Positions 29,413 to 38,649 are shown, numbered from the stretch's first letter. The stretch: 64,000 nucleotides of DNA from Candidatus Omnitrophota bacterium (GCA_041650935.1 JBAZKH010000001.1:73243-137242), one strand, 5' to 3'. Made by a program: numbers and translations. Notes: generated by a model from the sequence alone, not told the origin.

Positions 29413-30489
29413 GTGAAGATACTGATCATTAACCCCTTTGGGATAGGAGATGTGCTCTTTTCGACCCCACTGATAGAGGCTATAAAGAGAATATTCCCGC
29501 AGTCTTATATCGGATATATCTGTAACAGGAGGGTCTCGGAACTAATAAGGACGAATCCGCACCTGGGCAGGATATTCGTATATGAAAAAGACGATTACAG
29601 GGAGATATGGCGCCACTCCAAGATGAGATGCCTGGTAAAGATACTCGCTTTTTTGCGGGATGTCAGGAAAGAGCGGTTCGACGTATCGATAGACCTTTCG
29701 CTGAATTACCAATACAGCATGCTCTTTAAGCTGATAGGCATAAAGACGCGGGCGGGTTTCAATTACAGGAACAGGGGTAAGTTCCTTACGCACAAAATAG
29801 ATATCGAAAGTTTCGACGATAAACATGTTGTTGAGCATTATCTCGATGTTTTACGGCTTCTGGGTGTCGATCCGTCGAAGGGCATAGCCGCTCCGAAAAT
29901 ATATGTCTCCGAAGAAAGCCGGCGTTTCGGTGAAAAATTTCTGGAAGAAAATAGTATCGCTAAGACGGACCTGCTGATAGGCATGGTGCCCGGTTGCGGC
30001 GCCAGCTGGGGACGGGATGCCGGCCGCAGGCGGTGGGAGGGTAAAAATTTTGCCATTGTTGCCGATAGGCTCATCGAAAAATATAACGCGCGGGTCGTTT
30101 TGCTGGGCAATTCCAAAGAGACAAATATATGCGAAGATGTCCGGGCGGCGACAAACGACAGGGCTATAAACTATAGCGGTAAGACCTCGATCGAAAAACT
30201 TATAGGTATTCTCAGCAGGTGCAAAGTCCTGATAACGAACGAAGGCGGTATGCTTCATATGGCGGCCAGCCTCGGTATCAGGACGGTGTCGATCTTCGGC
30301 CCTGTCGATGAGACCACCTACGGTCCGTATCCCAGGAGCGCAGACCATATTATCCTAGCCAAAAAGGACATTCCATGCAGGCCGTGTTATAAGCGGTTCA
30401 AATATAACGATTGCGATGAAAGGCGCTGTCTGGAGGCTATTACCGTCGATGAAGTCTTCCGGGCCGCGGAGGGCGCGATTAGGCGATGA
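29413..30489 (+). CDS. Family 9 glycosyltransferase (heptosyltransferase-like)
   Basis: MKILIINPFGIGDVLFSTPLIEAIKR...; C-terminal GGMLHMAASLGIRTVSIFGP. Confidence 0.8.
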   Translation: MKILIINPFGIGDVLFSTPLIEAIKRIFPQSYIGYICNRRVSELIRTNPHLGRIFVYEKDDYREIWRHSKMRCLVKILAFLRDVRKERFDVSIDLSLNYQYSMLFKLIGIKTRAGFNYRNRGKFLTHKIDIESFDDKHVVEHYLDVLRLLGVDPSKGIAAPKIYVSEESRRFGEKFLEENSIAKTDLLIGMVPGCGASWGRDAGRRRWEGKNFAIVADRLIEKYNARVVLLGNSKETNICEDVRAATNDRAINYSGKTSIEKLIGILSRCKVLITNEGGMLHMAASLGIRTVSIFGPVDETTYGPYPRSADHIILAKKDIPCRPCYKRFKYNDCDERRCLEAITVDEVFRAAEGAIRR

Positions 30490-31640
30490 AGTGCGATATC
30501 GTAATACCGGTCTGGAACCAGCCGGAGACTACCAGGGAATGCATCGCGGCCATAAGAAGGACGACGCGCTATCCTTACAGGCTCATAATCATAGACAATG
30601 GGAGCGGAGACGAGACGCGGAATTACCTGAAAGAAACGGCGCGGCTATATCCGTCTGAAGTAGAGATTGTGCGGAACGATACGAATCTCGGGTACGTTAA
30701 GGCGGTGAACCAGGGGCTTAAAATTTCAACCGCGCCCTACGTATGTGTTATGAATAACGATACCATACCAGGCGCAGGATGGCTGGAGAGGCTGATAAAT
30801 TTCGCCGAGACACACCGCGGGATAGGGCTGATGAATCCTCTGTGTAACGGTCACGGCAGCCTTTCGATAGATGAGTACGCCGCGCATGTCGCACGGAACG
30901 CGGATAGATATATGGAGATGAACCAGTGCTTCGGATTTTGCACGCTCATCCGCCGCGAGGTCATAGATAAAGTGGGCTGCCTGGACGAGGTCTTCGGGAT
31001 GGGCGGTTACGACGATACGGATTATTCGATGAGGGCATGCAGGGCAGGATACCTTTGCGCGTCGGTCCACTCCGCGTATGTATATCACAAAGAGCACGTC
31101 TCTTTCAGGGCCATGGGTGCCAAAGACAGTTCTACGCTTAAAGGGCAGGCGGAATACCTTAAAAAGTGGCCGCGCCATCTGCGGGTCGGATTGACTTTTT
31201 CTGTCGATAGCAGGACCGATAGGCCTGAGATCGCTTCTGTTTTGAAGGCGATATTGTTTCTGGCCAGGGAGTGGTGCTGGGTCAATTTCTGGATCATAGG
31301 CGACGAAAAAGAGAACAGGGAGAAGATAGCGTCGGTTTCTGCCGAAATCGGCATGCCGCTGCACCAGAATATAAAATTCAATTTTATCCCGGCGGCCTTT
31401 GCGAAACTCCAGACTTTAACGAGAGTTATCGAGCGCGCCTTCGGAACGAAGAGAAGGAAGAGGTATGATGCGGTCCTTGTCGATAACGACGGTGTTGCGG
31501 CGCTCCTGAATTTCTTCTTCGTCGTGCATAATACAAGGATAATCCTGGCAAAGCCCGGATCCGGGATGACGGCGGAAGCATGCCGGATGATTGCCGAGAT
31601 ACGGAAGAGCGGGGAGAGGTTGTACGCAATTAACGCGTAG
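30486..31640 (+). CDS. GT2 domain + conserved ~130-aa C-terminal extension of unknown function (paralog A of 4)
   Basis: MKCDIVIPVWNQPETTRECIAAI...IIIDNGSGDET...DTNLGYVKAVNQG; KKWPRHLRVGLTFSVDSR extension. Confidence 0.7.
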   Translation: MKCDIVIPVWNQPETTRECIAAIRRTTRYPYRLIIIDNGSGDETRNYLKETARLYPSEVEIVRNDTNLGYVKAVNQGLKISTAPYVCVMNNDTIPGAGWLERLINFAETHRGIGLMNPLCNGHGSLSIDEYAAHVARNADRYMEMNQCFGFCTLIRREVIDKVGCLDEVFGMGGYDDTDYSMRACRAGYLCASVHSAYVYHKEHVSFRAMGAKDSSTLKGQAEYLKKWPRHLRVGLTFSVDSRTDRPEIASVLKAILFLAREWCWVNFWIIGDEKENREKIASVSAEIGMPLHQNIKFNFIPAAFAKLQTLTRVIERAFGTKRRKRYDAVLVDNDGVAALLNFFFVVHNTRIILAKPGSGMTAEACRMIAEIRKSGERLYAINA

Positions 31641-31659
31641 TTTAAGGAGGGGTTCTACA

Positions 31660-32778
31660 GTGGAGAAGGTGCTGGTTACGGGAGGGGCGGGATTCATCGG
31701 TTCCCATCTGGTTGATGAGCTCATCAACCGTAAGTATAAGGTAAAGGTCCTCGATATCTTCGATCGGCAGGTCCATGGCGGTAAGAGGCCCGGCTATTTG
31801 AATAAAAGATGCGAATATATAAAAGGGGACGTTCGCAGGCCCGGGGACCTGGAGAAAGCGGTCTCTGGCGTAAACGTGGTCTTCCACCTCGCCGCACAGG
31901 TCGGAGTGGGGCAATCGATGTATCAGATCGCGAAGTACGTTGACCATAACACTCTCGGCACGGCCATCCTTATGGAATATATTATATCGAACCGCCGCAG
32001 GCTCGGTATCAGGAAGGTAGTGGTTGCGAGTTCGATGAGCATATACGGCGAAGGCGCTTACCGGTGCAGCAAGTGCGGCCCGGCCGAACCTGTAGAGAGG
32101 GATGAAGCGGATCTGAAGAAGAGGGTCTGGGAATATTCATGCCCTAAGTGTTCCGGCCCGCTGAAACCGGCGGCGACTACGGAAGAGAAGAGTTTGCGTT
32201 CAAATTCTATTTATGCGATTTCGAAGAAGGATCAGGAAGAGATAGTGCTCAATCTGGCCAAGGCGTATAAGCTGCCTGCAGTAGCTTTAAGGTTCTTCAA
32301 CGTTTACGGGCCCAGACAATCCCTTTCCAATCCTTACACGGGGGTTTGTGCCATATTCCAGTCGCGGATAAAGAACGATAACCCTGTCCTGATATACGAA
32401 GACGGCCGCCAGACGAGGGATTTCATAAGCGTAAAGGATATAGCCGCCGCTAATATCTTTGTCATGAATTCTCCGGCGGCGGACTACCGGTATTTCAATG
32501 TCGGAACCGGGCGGGCCACCAGCGTCCTTGATATAGCCAGGACGCTCAGCCGTCTTTACGGTAAAGAACCAGACATGATAATAAAGAACGAATACAGGAT
32601 GGGCGATATCCGTCACTGTTTCGCGGATATATCGAAAATAAAGAGCATAGGCTTTAAGCCGTCCGTCAATTTCGACGACGGCATGCAAGAGATGGTGGAG
32701 TGGGGCAAACGGGCCGTTTCCGTCGACAGGGTTAATGAGGCGGATAAGCTGCTTGCGCGGATGAATTTAAAGATATAG
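31660..32778 (+). CDS. SDR sugar epimerase/dehydratase with an inserted CxxC...CxxC zinc-ribbon
   Basis: RBS AGGAGGGG then GTG gives MEKVLVTGGAGFIGSHL. Catalytic SSMSIYGE ... YAISKK. A 40-aa insert YRCSKCG...YSCPKCSG (four Cys) lies between the catalytic Ser and Tyr. Confidence 0.75.
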   Translation: MEKVLVTGGAGFIGSHLVDELINRKYKVKVLDIFDRQVHGGKRPGYLNKRCEYIKGDVRRPGDLEKAVSGVNVVFHLAAQVGVGQSMYQIAKYVDHNTLGTAILMEYIISNRRRLGIRKVVVASSMSIYGEGAYRCSKCGPAEPVERDEADLKKRVWEYSCPKCSGPLKPAATTEEKSLRSNSIYAISKKDQEEIVLNLAKAYKLPAVALRFFNVYGPRQSLSNPYTGVCAIFQSRIKNDNPVLIYEDGRQTRDFISVKDIAAANIFVMNSPAADYRYFNVGTGRATSVLDIARTLSRLYGKEPDMIIKNEYRMGDIRHCFADISKIKSIGFKPSVNFDDGMQEMVEWGKRAVSVDRVNEADKLLARMNLKI

Positions 32779-32785
32779 GTGCCGG

Positions 32786-33886
32786 GTGAACGTAAAACGT
32801 TGCGACATAATACTGCCGACGTGCGGACAGACCGCTCTTATCAAAGATTGCATAGAGAGCCTCATTAGGTCGACCAGCTACCCGGTCAGGCTTATAGCGA
32901 TCGATAACGGCGCGTCGGAAGAAGCCTCCGCCTATTTGAAAGAGATGTCGGTATCCGGCAGGCTCGATATGATCCTGATAAAGCCGCCTGAAAATTTAGG
33001 CTGGGTCATGTCGATAAATAAAGGGCTTGAACTCTCGAAAGATTCCGAATTTGTCTCTTTCCAGAACGATGATACCGTATTTGCTTCGGGCTGGATGGAA
33101 GAGCTCTCGGACATATTTGCCAAAGACCCAAAGATCGGCATAGCAAATCCGGAATGGGAACTGCCAGAAGGCCGGGACGTAGAGAACTTTGCCGCCGGGT
33201 TAAAGAAATATGCCGGCCAGACGATCGATATGGACTGGTGCAGGGGACACTGTTTTGTCGTAAAGCGTGAAGTAGTCGATAAATTAGGCGGTTTTGATCC
33301 GGCATATATTCCTGTTTACTATGACGACAGGGATTATTCTTTGAAAGCAATAGCGGCCGGCTACAGGTGCGTGAAGGCGAAGGGCGCTTTTGTCTATCAC
33401 ATCAGGAATGTGACGATGAAGAAGACGATGCGGCAGGATAAGATCTCCGACCTGATGGCGCGTAACGGCAGGATATTCTATAAGAGGTGGGGGTATCCGT
33501 TACGTCTGGTATTTACGCTTAACGATCTGGCCGGCGCGAAGGGCTTGCTTAAAAAGATGTGCATGGACCAGAATAAGGTAGTCGTGATGGCGCCAAAAGG
33601 GAGCGCGGTGCCGTATGAACATACGAATATGAAGGTGCTGGGGTTCGGGAAGGCTCTATTCAATATCTCGGCCCTTGCGTACATAATTTCTAACAGGAGC
33701 AGGAAGCATCAGAAGCGGACCGACTTTATATTTACGGATGACGGAAAATTTTATTCTCTGATAAAGCCTTTTATCCGGCTTGTCCCGGCAGATGTCGTCT
33801 TCGAGCCCGACATCGCTTCTTTGACGGCGGCGGCGGTAAGACTCACGAAAGAAAAAAAAGATAAAGACAGGAGCGCGATAGAATGA
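32786..33886 (+). CDS. GT2 domain + C-terminal extension (paralog B of 4)
   Basis: CDIILPTCGQTALIKDCIESL...IAIDNG...; YKRWGYPLRLVFTLNDL extension. Confidence 0.65.
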   Translation: MNVKRCDIILPTCGQTALIKDCIESLIRSTSYPVRLIAIDNGASEEASAYLKEMSVSGRLDMILIKPPENLGWVMSINKGLELSKDSEFVSFQNDDTVFASGWMEELSDIFAKDPKIGIANPEWELPEGRDVENFAAGLKKYAGQTIDMDWCRGHCFVVKREVVDKLGGFDPAYIPVYYDDRDYSLKAIAAGYRCVKAKGAFVYHIRNVTMKKTMRQDKISDLMARNGRIFYKRWGYPLRLVFTLNDLAGAKGLLKKMCMDQNKVVVMAPKGSAVPYEHTNMKVLGFGKALFNISALAYIISNRSRKHQKRTDFIFTDDGKFYSLIKPFIRLVPADVVFEPDIASLTAAAVRLTKEKKDKDRSAIE

Positions 33887-34722
33887 CGACCCCGCGCAAA
33901 AGAGAAAAACTGTCGGTAGTCGTTTTGACCAGGAACGAGGCGGATATCATAGTCCGGTGCCTGGAGAGCGTCGGGTGGGCGGATGAGGTCATCGTCATTG
34001 ACGACAACTCTGCTGACGGGACCGCAGGTATAGCGAAAGAATATGCGGATAAAGTCATAGTCCATCCGCTCGATAATAATTTTTCGGACCAGAGGAACTT
34101 CGGGACCGGCTGCGCTTCGGGCGATTGGATATTACAAATGGACGCGGATGAGCGCGTTACGGAAGCTTTGCGCGGGAAGATAGAGGCGGTATTGGCAGGC
34201 GGCTCTAAGATGGCGGCTTTCAGGTTCAGGAGGTCGAATAATTTTTGCGGTAAATTTCTCACCGCCGGCGGGGAGGACAGGCACAGGCCCCTGCGGCTCT
34301 TCAGGCGGGGGCGAGCGCGCTTCTCCGGCGGGAGGATACATGAAGAGCTGGCCGTAGACGGTCCCGTAGGCGAAATAGATGCCGTAATGGAACATTATAA
34401 CTTTCCGGATATAAGCCATTACGTTGCCACGCAGGATTTTTACTGCGGTCTGGAGGCCGTATCATTGCAGGAAAGCGCGGGTCTTCTGCCCAAAAAGAAA
34501 CTTCGACGGGAATTGACCATCGGTCCGGTGAAATTATTCTTCAAGATATATATGAAGAAAAGGGCTTACAAGGACGGTATGCACGGACTCGTATTCGCTA
34601 TACTTTCGGCATGGCGGAGGTTTCTCATATACGCGAAATACTGGGAAGCGAATCAGGAGAAATATCGGGATAAATACGAATTTCGAAATCCGGATTCCGA
34701 AACAATTTCGAAATCCGAATGA
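33883..34722 (+). CDS. Small family 2 glycosyltransferase (KdtX/WaaE-like), paralog of 37888..38649
   Basis: LSVVVLTRNEADIIVRCLESVGWADEVIVIDDNSADGT. The 3' end runs into an AT-rich repeat element. Confidence 0.7.
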   Translation: MTTPRKREKLSVVVLTRNEADIIVRCLESVGWADEVIVIDDNSADGTAGIAKEYADKVIVHPLDNNFSDQRNFGTGCASGDWILQMDADERVTEALRGKIEAVLAGGSKMAAFRFRRSNNFCGKFLTAGGEDRHRPLRLFRRGRARFSGGRIHEELAVDGPVGEIDAVMEHYNFPDISHYVATQDFYCGLEAVSLQESAGLLPKKKLRRELTIGPVKLFFKIYMKKRAYKDGMHGLVFAILSAWRRFLIYAKYWEANQEKYRDKYEFRNPDSETISKSE

Positions 34723-34805
34723 CCGAATGTCAAGAATATCATATTTGTAAATGTGAATTTGGTAATTCGACGTTGTGTCTAATTTCGATATTCGTATTTT
34801 GAGTT
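34660..34805. repeat. AT-rich element with terminal inverted repeats and reiterated (A)ATTTCGAAAT(C) words; related to the element at 52040-52165
   Basis: Left arm AAATACGAATTTCGAAAT versus right arm AATTTCGATATTCGTATTT (near-perfect reverse complement). Internal AATTTCGAAATCC occurs twice, plus CCGAAACAA. Confidence 0.45.
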
Positions 34806-34827
34806 TTTTTGTAAAAGTGAGGCATCG

Positions 34828-36537
34828 ATGAATATTCTTGGTTTCGGAGGTCCGGGGTTTTTGCATGACCCGGCCGCGGCCATAGTGATAGATGGTAAGG
34901 TTACGGCTGCCGTCGAAGAAGAGAGGCTCATAAGGGAAAAGCACGCCGTCGGTAAACCGTGCCTTAAGTCGATAGAATTTTGTCTAAAAGCCTCCGGCCT
35001 TCGTCCTGAGGATATCGATGCCGTTGCTTTTCCGTGGTCCTTCGAGGCGTTTAACCGCAAAAAATGGCTTTACGCATTCAATACCATCCTCTCCGAACCT
35101 TCGCGCGCATATAAAACGATAGCTAGATCCGCCAGGCAGTCCGCCGGCACAAAGAAGGCGGTTTTTCAGATGCTGGACCATTTTGGTATCAGGGTGCCTC
35201 CGGAGAAGGTATTCTTTGTGGAACATCATATGGCGCATGCCGCGAGCGCTTACCTCCTGGCGGGTTTTAACGAAGCGGCCGTTATGAGTATTGACGGAAG
35301 CGGTGAATTTACCTCGACCCTCTTTGCCGAAGTATCGGGAGGGCGGATGAGGAAGATAAAAGAGATAGATATACCGGACTCCCTTGGCAGATTCTACTCC
35401 ACGATGACGGCATATTTGGGTTTCGATCCGAACGACGGTGAATATAAACTTATGGGAATGGCGCCGTACGGCGACGCGTCCAAAGCCGACCTTTCGGATA
35501 TCATCTCGTGCGATGGCCGCACATTCAAAACGAACCCCGAATACGTATGGCCCATCCGCTCCCGCAGATACCAAAAGGAAGCGATGATCCCGCGGAAGCT
35601 AGTCGATCGTTTTGGGCCGCCGAGGCAGGGGGATGGGCTCGCGGCGCCGTATATACATATAGCGGCCGCGACGCAGAAGGCCTTCGAGGAGACGGTGCTA
35701 AAGCTGATGGATTTCCATCTGGGCGGCACCTTGCGGCGGACAGGAAATCTTGCCTATGCCGGAGGGTGCGCGCTCAACGTTTCATTGAACCGTAAACTTG
35801 TCGAAAATCCGCTCGTGAAGAATATGTTCGTCCAGCCTGCATCGAATGACGCCGGCACGTCGCTTGGCGCCGCGGTATTCGCGTCCAGCATGATGGGCGA
35901 TAGCATCTTGCCGATGAAGGACGTTTATCTCGGCCCGGGATACGCTAACGACGAGGTAGCCTCCGCGCTAAAGAGGCCCGGGCTTAAATATTCCCGCTCA
36001 AACGATATAGAGAAAGAGGTAGCCCTGCTTCTTGCGAACGGCGATGTCGTCGGATGGTTCCAGGGCAGGATGGAGTTCGGTCCCCGCGCGCTCGGCAACA
36101 GGTCGATACTCGGCAATCCCACGATACCCGGGACGAGCGACCGCATAAATGAGATGGTGAAGTTCAGGGAGAAGTGGCGGCCGTTCTGCCCGTCGATACT
36201 GCGTGAATACGCAAAAGATATTATCGGCAGGGATATGGACGCGCCGTTCATGACGCTCAGTTTCGCAGTTACGAATAAGTGGAAGGACCGCATACCGGAA
36301 GTCGTTCATGTGGACGGTTCGATGCGGCCGCAGACCGTGAGCCAGGGCGCTAACCCGAGGTTCTACCGGCTGATAAGGCATTTTTTCGAAAAAACCGGCG
36401 TGCCGGTCCTGATAAATACGTCTCTCAACAGGAGGGGTGAACCGATGGTCGCGAGTCCCAAAGATGCCGTGGATATGTATCTGGGCTCAGGGCTCGACTA
36501 TCTGGCGATCGGCGACTATTTGGTTAGCAGGAATTAA
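34828..36537 (+). CDS. Carbamoyltransferase (NodU/CmcH family)
   Basis: MNILGFGGPGFLHDPAAAIVIDGKVTAAVEEERLIREKH and HHMAHAASAY are diagnostic of the NodU/CmcH N-domain. ~570 aa with a C-terminal YrdC/Kae1-like half. Confidence 0.85.
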   Translation: MNILGFGGPGFLHDPAAAIVIDGKVTAAVEEERLIREKHAVGKPCLKSIEFCLKASGLRPEDIDAVAFPWSFEAFNRKKWLYAFNTILSEPSRAYKTIARSARQSAGTKKAVFQMLDHFGIRVPPEKVFFVEHHMAHAASAYLLAGFNEAAVMSIDGSGEFTSTLFAEVSGGRMRKIKEIDIPDSLGRFYSTMTAYLGFDPNDGEYKLMGMAPYGDASKADLSDIISCDGRTFKTNPEYVWPIRSRRYQKEAMIPRKLVDRFGPPRQGDGLAAPYIHIAAATQKAFEETVLKLMDFHLGGTLRRTGNLAYAGGCALNVSLNRKLVENPLVKNMFVQPASNDAGTSLGAAVFASSMMGDSILPMKDVYLGPGYANDEVASALKRPGLKYSRSNDIEKEVALLLANGDVVGWFQGRMEFGPRALGNRSILGNPTIPGTSDRINEMVKFREKWRPFCPSILREYAKDIIGRDMDAPFMTLSFAVTNKWKDRIPEVVHVDGSMRPQTVSQGANPRFYRLIRHFFEKTGVPVLINTSLNRRGEPMVASPKDAVDMYLGSGLDYLAIGDYLVSRN

Positions 36538-36554
36538 CTGGAAAAGAGAGCTAT

Positions 36555-37571
36555 ATGAACTGCGATATTGTTATACCTGTCTGGAATCAGCTTGCCCTTA
36601 CGCGGGACTGCATAGATTCCATCTTCAAGAATACCGCGGATATTGCATTCAAGCTGATCGTAATCGATAATGCCAGTAATGAGGAGACGAAGTCATATCT
36701 TGCAGACCTCCGGAACCAGAAACCCGGGCAGGTCATCGTCGTATGGAACGCGGCCAATCTTGGTTTCGTGAAGGCGGTTAATCAGGGTATAGCCGCTTCC
36801 AGCGCGCCGTACGTCTGCCTGTTAAATAACGATACGCTCGTTACGCGGAATTGGCTTAAAGAGATGATCGCGGTCGCGGAATCCGCCGACGATATCGGGC
36901 TCGTGAACCCGTCGAGCAATAATCTGGGGCAGGCGCCTGCGCGGGGTGAGCCTATCGAGCTTTATGCCGGGAAAATAGCTAAAGAGTCCGGCGGTTTTAT
37001 CGAACTGGGCGCGGCGATAGGGTTCTGTATGCTCATCAAGAGACGGCTCTTCGAAAAGATAGGGGTCTTCGACGAAATATACGGTATGGGGAATTTCGAC
37101 GATACGGACTTTTCGCGGAGGGCGGTGCAGGCGGGCTACCGGTGCGTAAGGGCCTGCGGCGCCTATGTCTATCACAGGCAGAATACGTCTTTCGATAAGG
37201 TCAGGACCTTCGACGAAGATTTTAAGCGCAACCGCGAGATATATGAGTTCAGGTGGGGACGGCCGCGGAGGATCGCGTATATCCTCGACAAAGTCGATAC
37301 CAACAATTTAAGACGGATAAACGGCGATGCGATGACGCTTGCGAGGAGCGGCAACTGGATATGGTATTTCATAAAGGATCCTATAGCCGTTCCGAAACAT
37401 TCCAATATTATCATTAAATATTTCCAGGGACAGTGGTTCTACCCAAAAGTCATATTCACTATATTAAAGAAAAAGAAGAGATTTAACGAGATAAATATCG
37501 GCGCCGAACGGGTGGGCGGGTTTTTATCGGGCCTGACTTTCGTCCATAAAGCGAAGATAAAATTTTTCTGA
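36555..37571 (+). CDS. GT2 domain + C-terminal extension (paralog C of 4)
   Basis: MNCDIVIPVWNQLALTRDCIDSI...VIDNASNEET...ANLGFVKAVNQG; FRWGRPRRIAYILDKV extension. Confidence 0.7.
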   Translation: MNCDIVIPVWNQLALTRDCIDSIFKNTADIAFKLIVIDNASNEETKSYLADLRNQKPGQVIVVWNAANLGFVKAVNQGIAASSAPYVCLLNNDTLVTRNWLKEMIAVAESADDIGLVNPSSNNLGQAPARGEPIELYAGKIAKESGGFIELGAAIGFCMLIKRRLFEKIGVFDEIYGMGNFDDTDFSRRAVQAGYRCVRACGAYVYHRQNTSFDKVRTFDEDFKRNREIYEFRWGRPRRIAYILDKVDTNNLRRINGDAMTLARSGNWIWYFIKDPIAVPKHSNIIIKYFQGQWFYPKVIFTILKKKKRFNEINIGAERVGGFLSGLTFVHKAKIKFF

Positions 37572-37587
37572 ACAGGTAGAGTCAGTT

Positions 37588-37887
37588 TAAAGGTAGTCCC
37601 TCGGCGCGGGAGTGAGAGCGTTGCACCTCGGGATGATTTGCAGGAGTGAGATAAGGGCAAATCACGGTACAATTTGTCTAAAGTTAGATACAGATTAAGG
37701 TAGTCCCTCGGCGCGGGAGTTAGATTGTTGCGCCTCGGGATGATTTGCAAGAGTGAGATAAGGGCAAATCACGGGACGATTTGTCTAAAGTTAGATATAA
37801 ATTAAGGTAGTCCCTCGCTGCCGGAGTTAGACAGTGGCAGCTCGGGACGATTTGTCTAAAGTTAGATAATAACAAATCGGAGACATA
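37588..37887 (+). promoter_or_regulatory. Structured 5' leader: three tandem 107-nt units (module A + module B/B') ending at the SD of the GT2 gene
   Basis: GTCCC at 37596, 37703 and 37810, an exact 107-nt period. Inner stems GGCGCG/TGCACC (imperfect), GGCGC/GCGCC and GCTGCC/GGCAGC covary. Loops carry GGAGTTAGA. B' is GATTTGCA-[rgagtgagataaggg]-CAAATC. The final B is GATTTGT...ACAAATC, then GGAG, then ATG 37888. Confidence 0.6.
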
Positions 37888-38649
37888 ATGGAGAAGATAC
37901 CGGTATCGGTAGTGGTCATAACAAAGAACGAAGAAAATAATATAGCAGATTGCTTAAAGAGCGTCTCGTGGGCGGACGAGATCGTGGTGCTCGATGACGA
38001 TTCTACCGACAAGACCGTAACCATAGCCAGGCAATATACCGACAGGGTCTCCGCGCGCAAGATGGACATAGAGGGGCGGCACAGGAACTACGCGTACGGC
38101 CTGGCTAAAAATAAGTGGGTCCTGTCGCTCGATGCCGATGAACGCGCAAGCGCCGAGTTGGAAAACGAATTGCGCGGGCTCTTCAACGGCGGGATGAAAG
38201 CGGCGGCCTATTCGATACCTATAAAGACTTTCATAGGAAAACGCTGGATAAGATACGGCGGATGGTATCCCGCCCCTAAGGTGCGGCTCTTCGACAAAGG
38301 GCGCTTCAAGTATGAAGAGGCCGAGGTCCATCCCAGGGCATTTATAGACGGTACATGCGGCCATCTTACGAAGGATATAGTCCATTATTCATACAGGGAT
38401 TTTCACGATTTCTTCCAGAGTCTCAACAACCAGACGACGTTAGAGGCAAAAAAATGGTTCAAAGAACGCCGAAAGATAGGGTTTTTGAAGATGTACCGGA
38501 AGGCCATAAGCAGATTCTTGAAGGCCTATCTCCAGAAGGCCGGTTTCAGGGACGGGCTCCTGGGGTTCGTCATATCTTATGGCGGCGGCCTGTATCAATT
38601 CATGAGCTACGTAAAATACCGCGAGATGCTTGATAATGAAGGCGAATAG
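37888..38649 (+). CDS. Small family 2 glycosyltransferase (KdtX/WaaE-like)
   Basis: VSVVVITKNEENNIADCLKSVSWADEIVVLDDDSTDKT. Preceded by three tandem structured leader repeats and GGAG. Confidence 0.7.
   Translation: MEKIPVSVVVITKNEENNIADCLKSVSWADEIVVLDDDSTDKTVTIARQYTDRVSARKMDIEGRHRNYAYGLAKNKWVLSLDADERASAELENELRGLFNGGMKAAAYSIPIKTFIGKRWIRYGGWYPAPKVRLFDKGRFKYEEAEVHPRAFIDGTCGHLTKDIVHYSYRDFHDFFQSLNNQTTLEAKKWFKERRKIGFLKMYRKAISRFLKAYLQKAGFRDGLLGFVISYGGGLYQFMSYVKYREMLDNEGE

Noticed and set aside
34665-34700. CodY box (AATTTTCWGAAAATT) match for AATTTCGAAATT
   Set aside because: The word is 12 nt, not 15, and lacks the central W and flanking T/A. The similarity is superficial, so no named regulator is assigned.
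37588-37887. CRISPR array
   Set aside because: Units are 107 nt with no unique spacers between short direct repeats. The whole unit, not just a 25-40-nt repeat, is conserved, and the internal structure is hairpins with covariation. It is a tandem structured-RNA repeat, not CRISPR.
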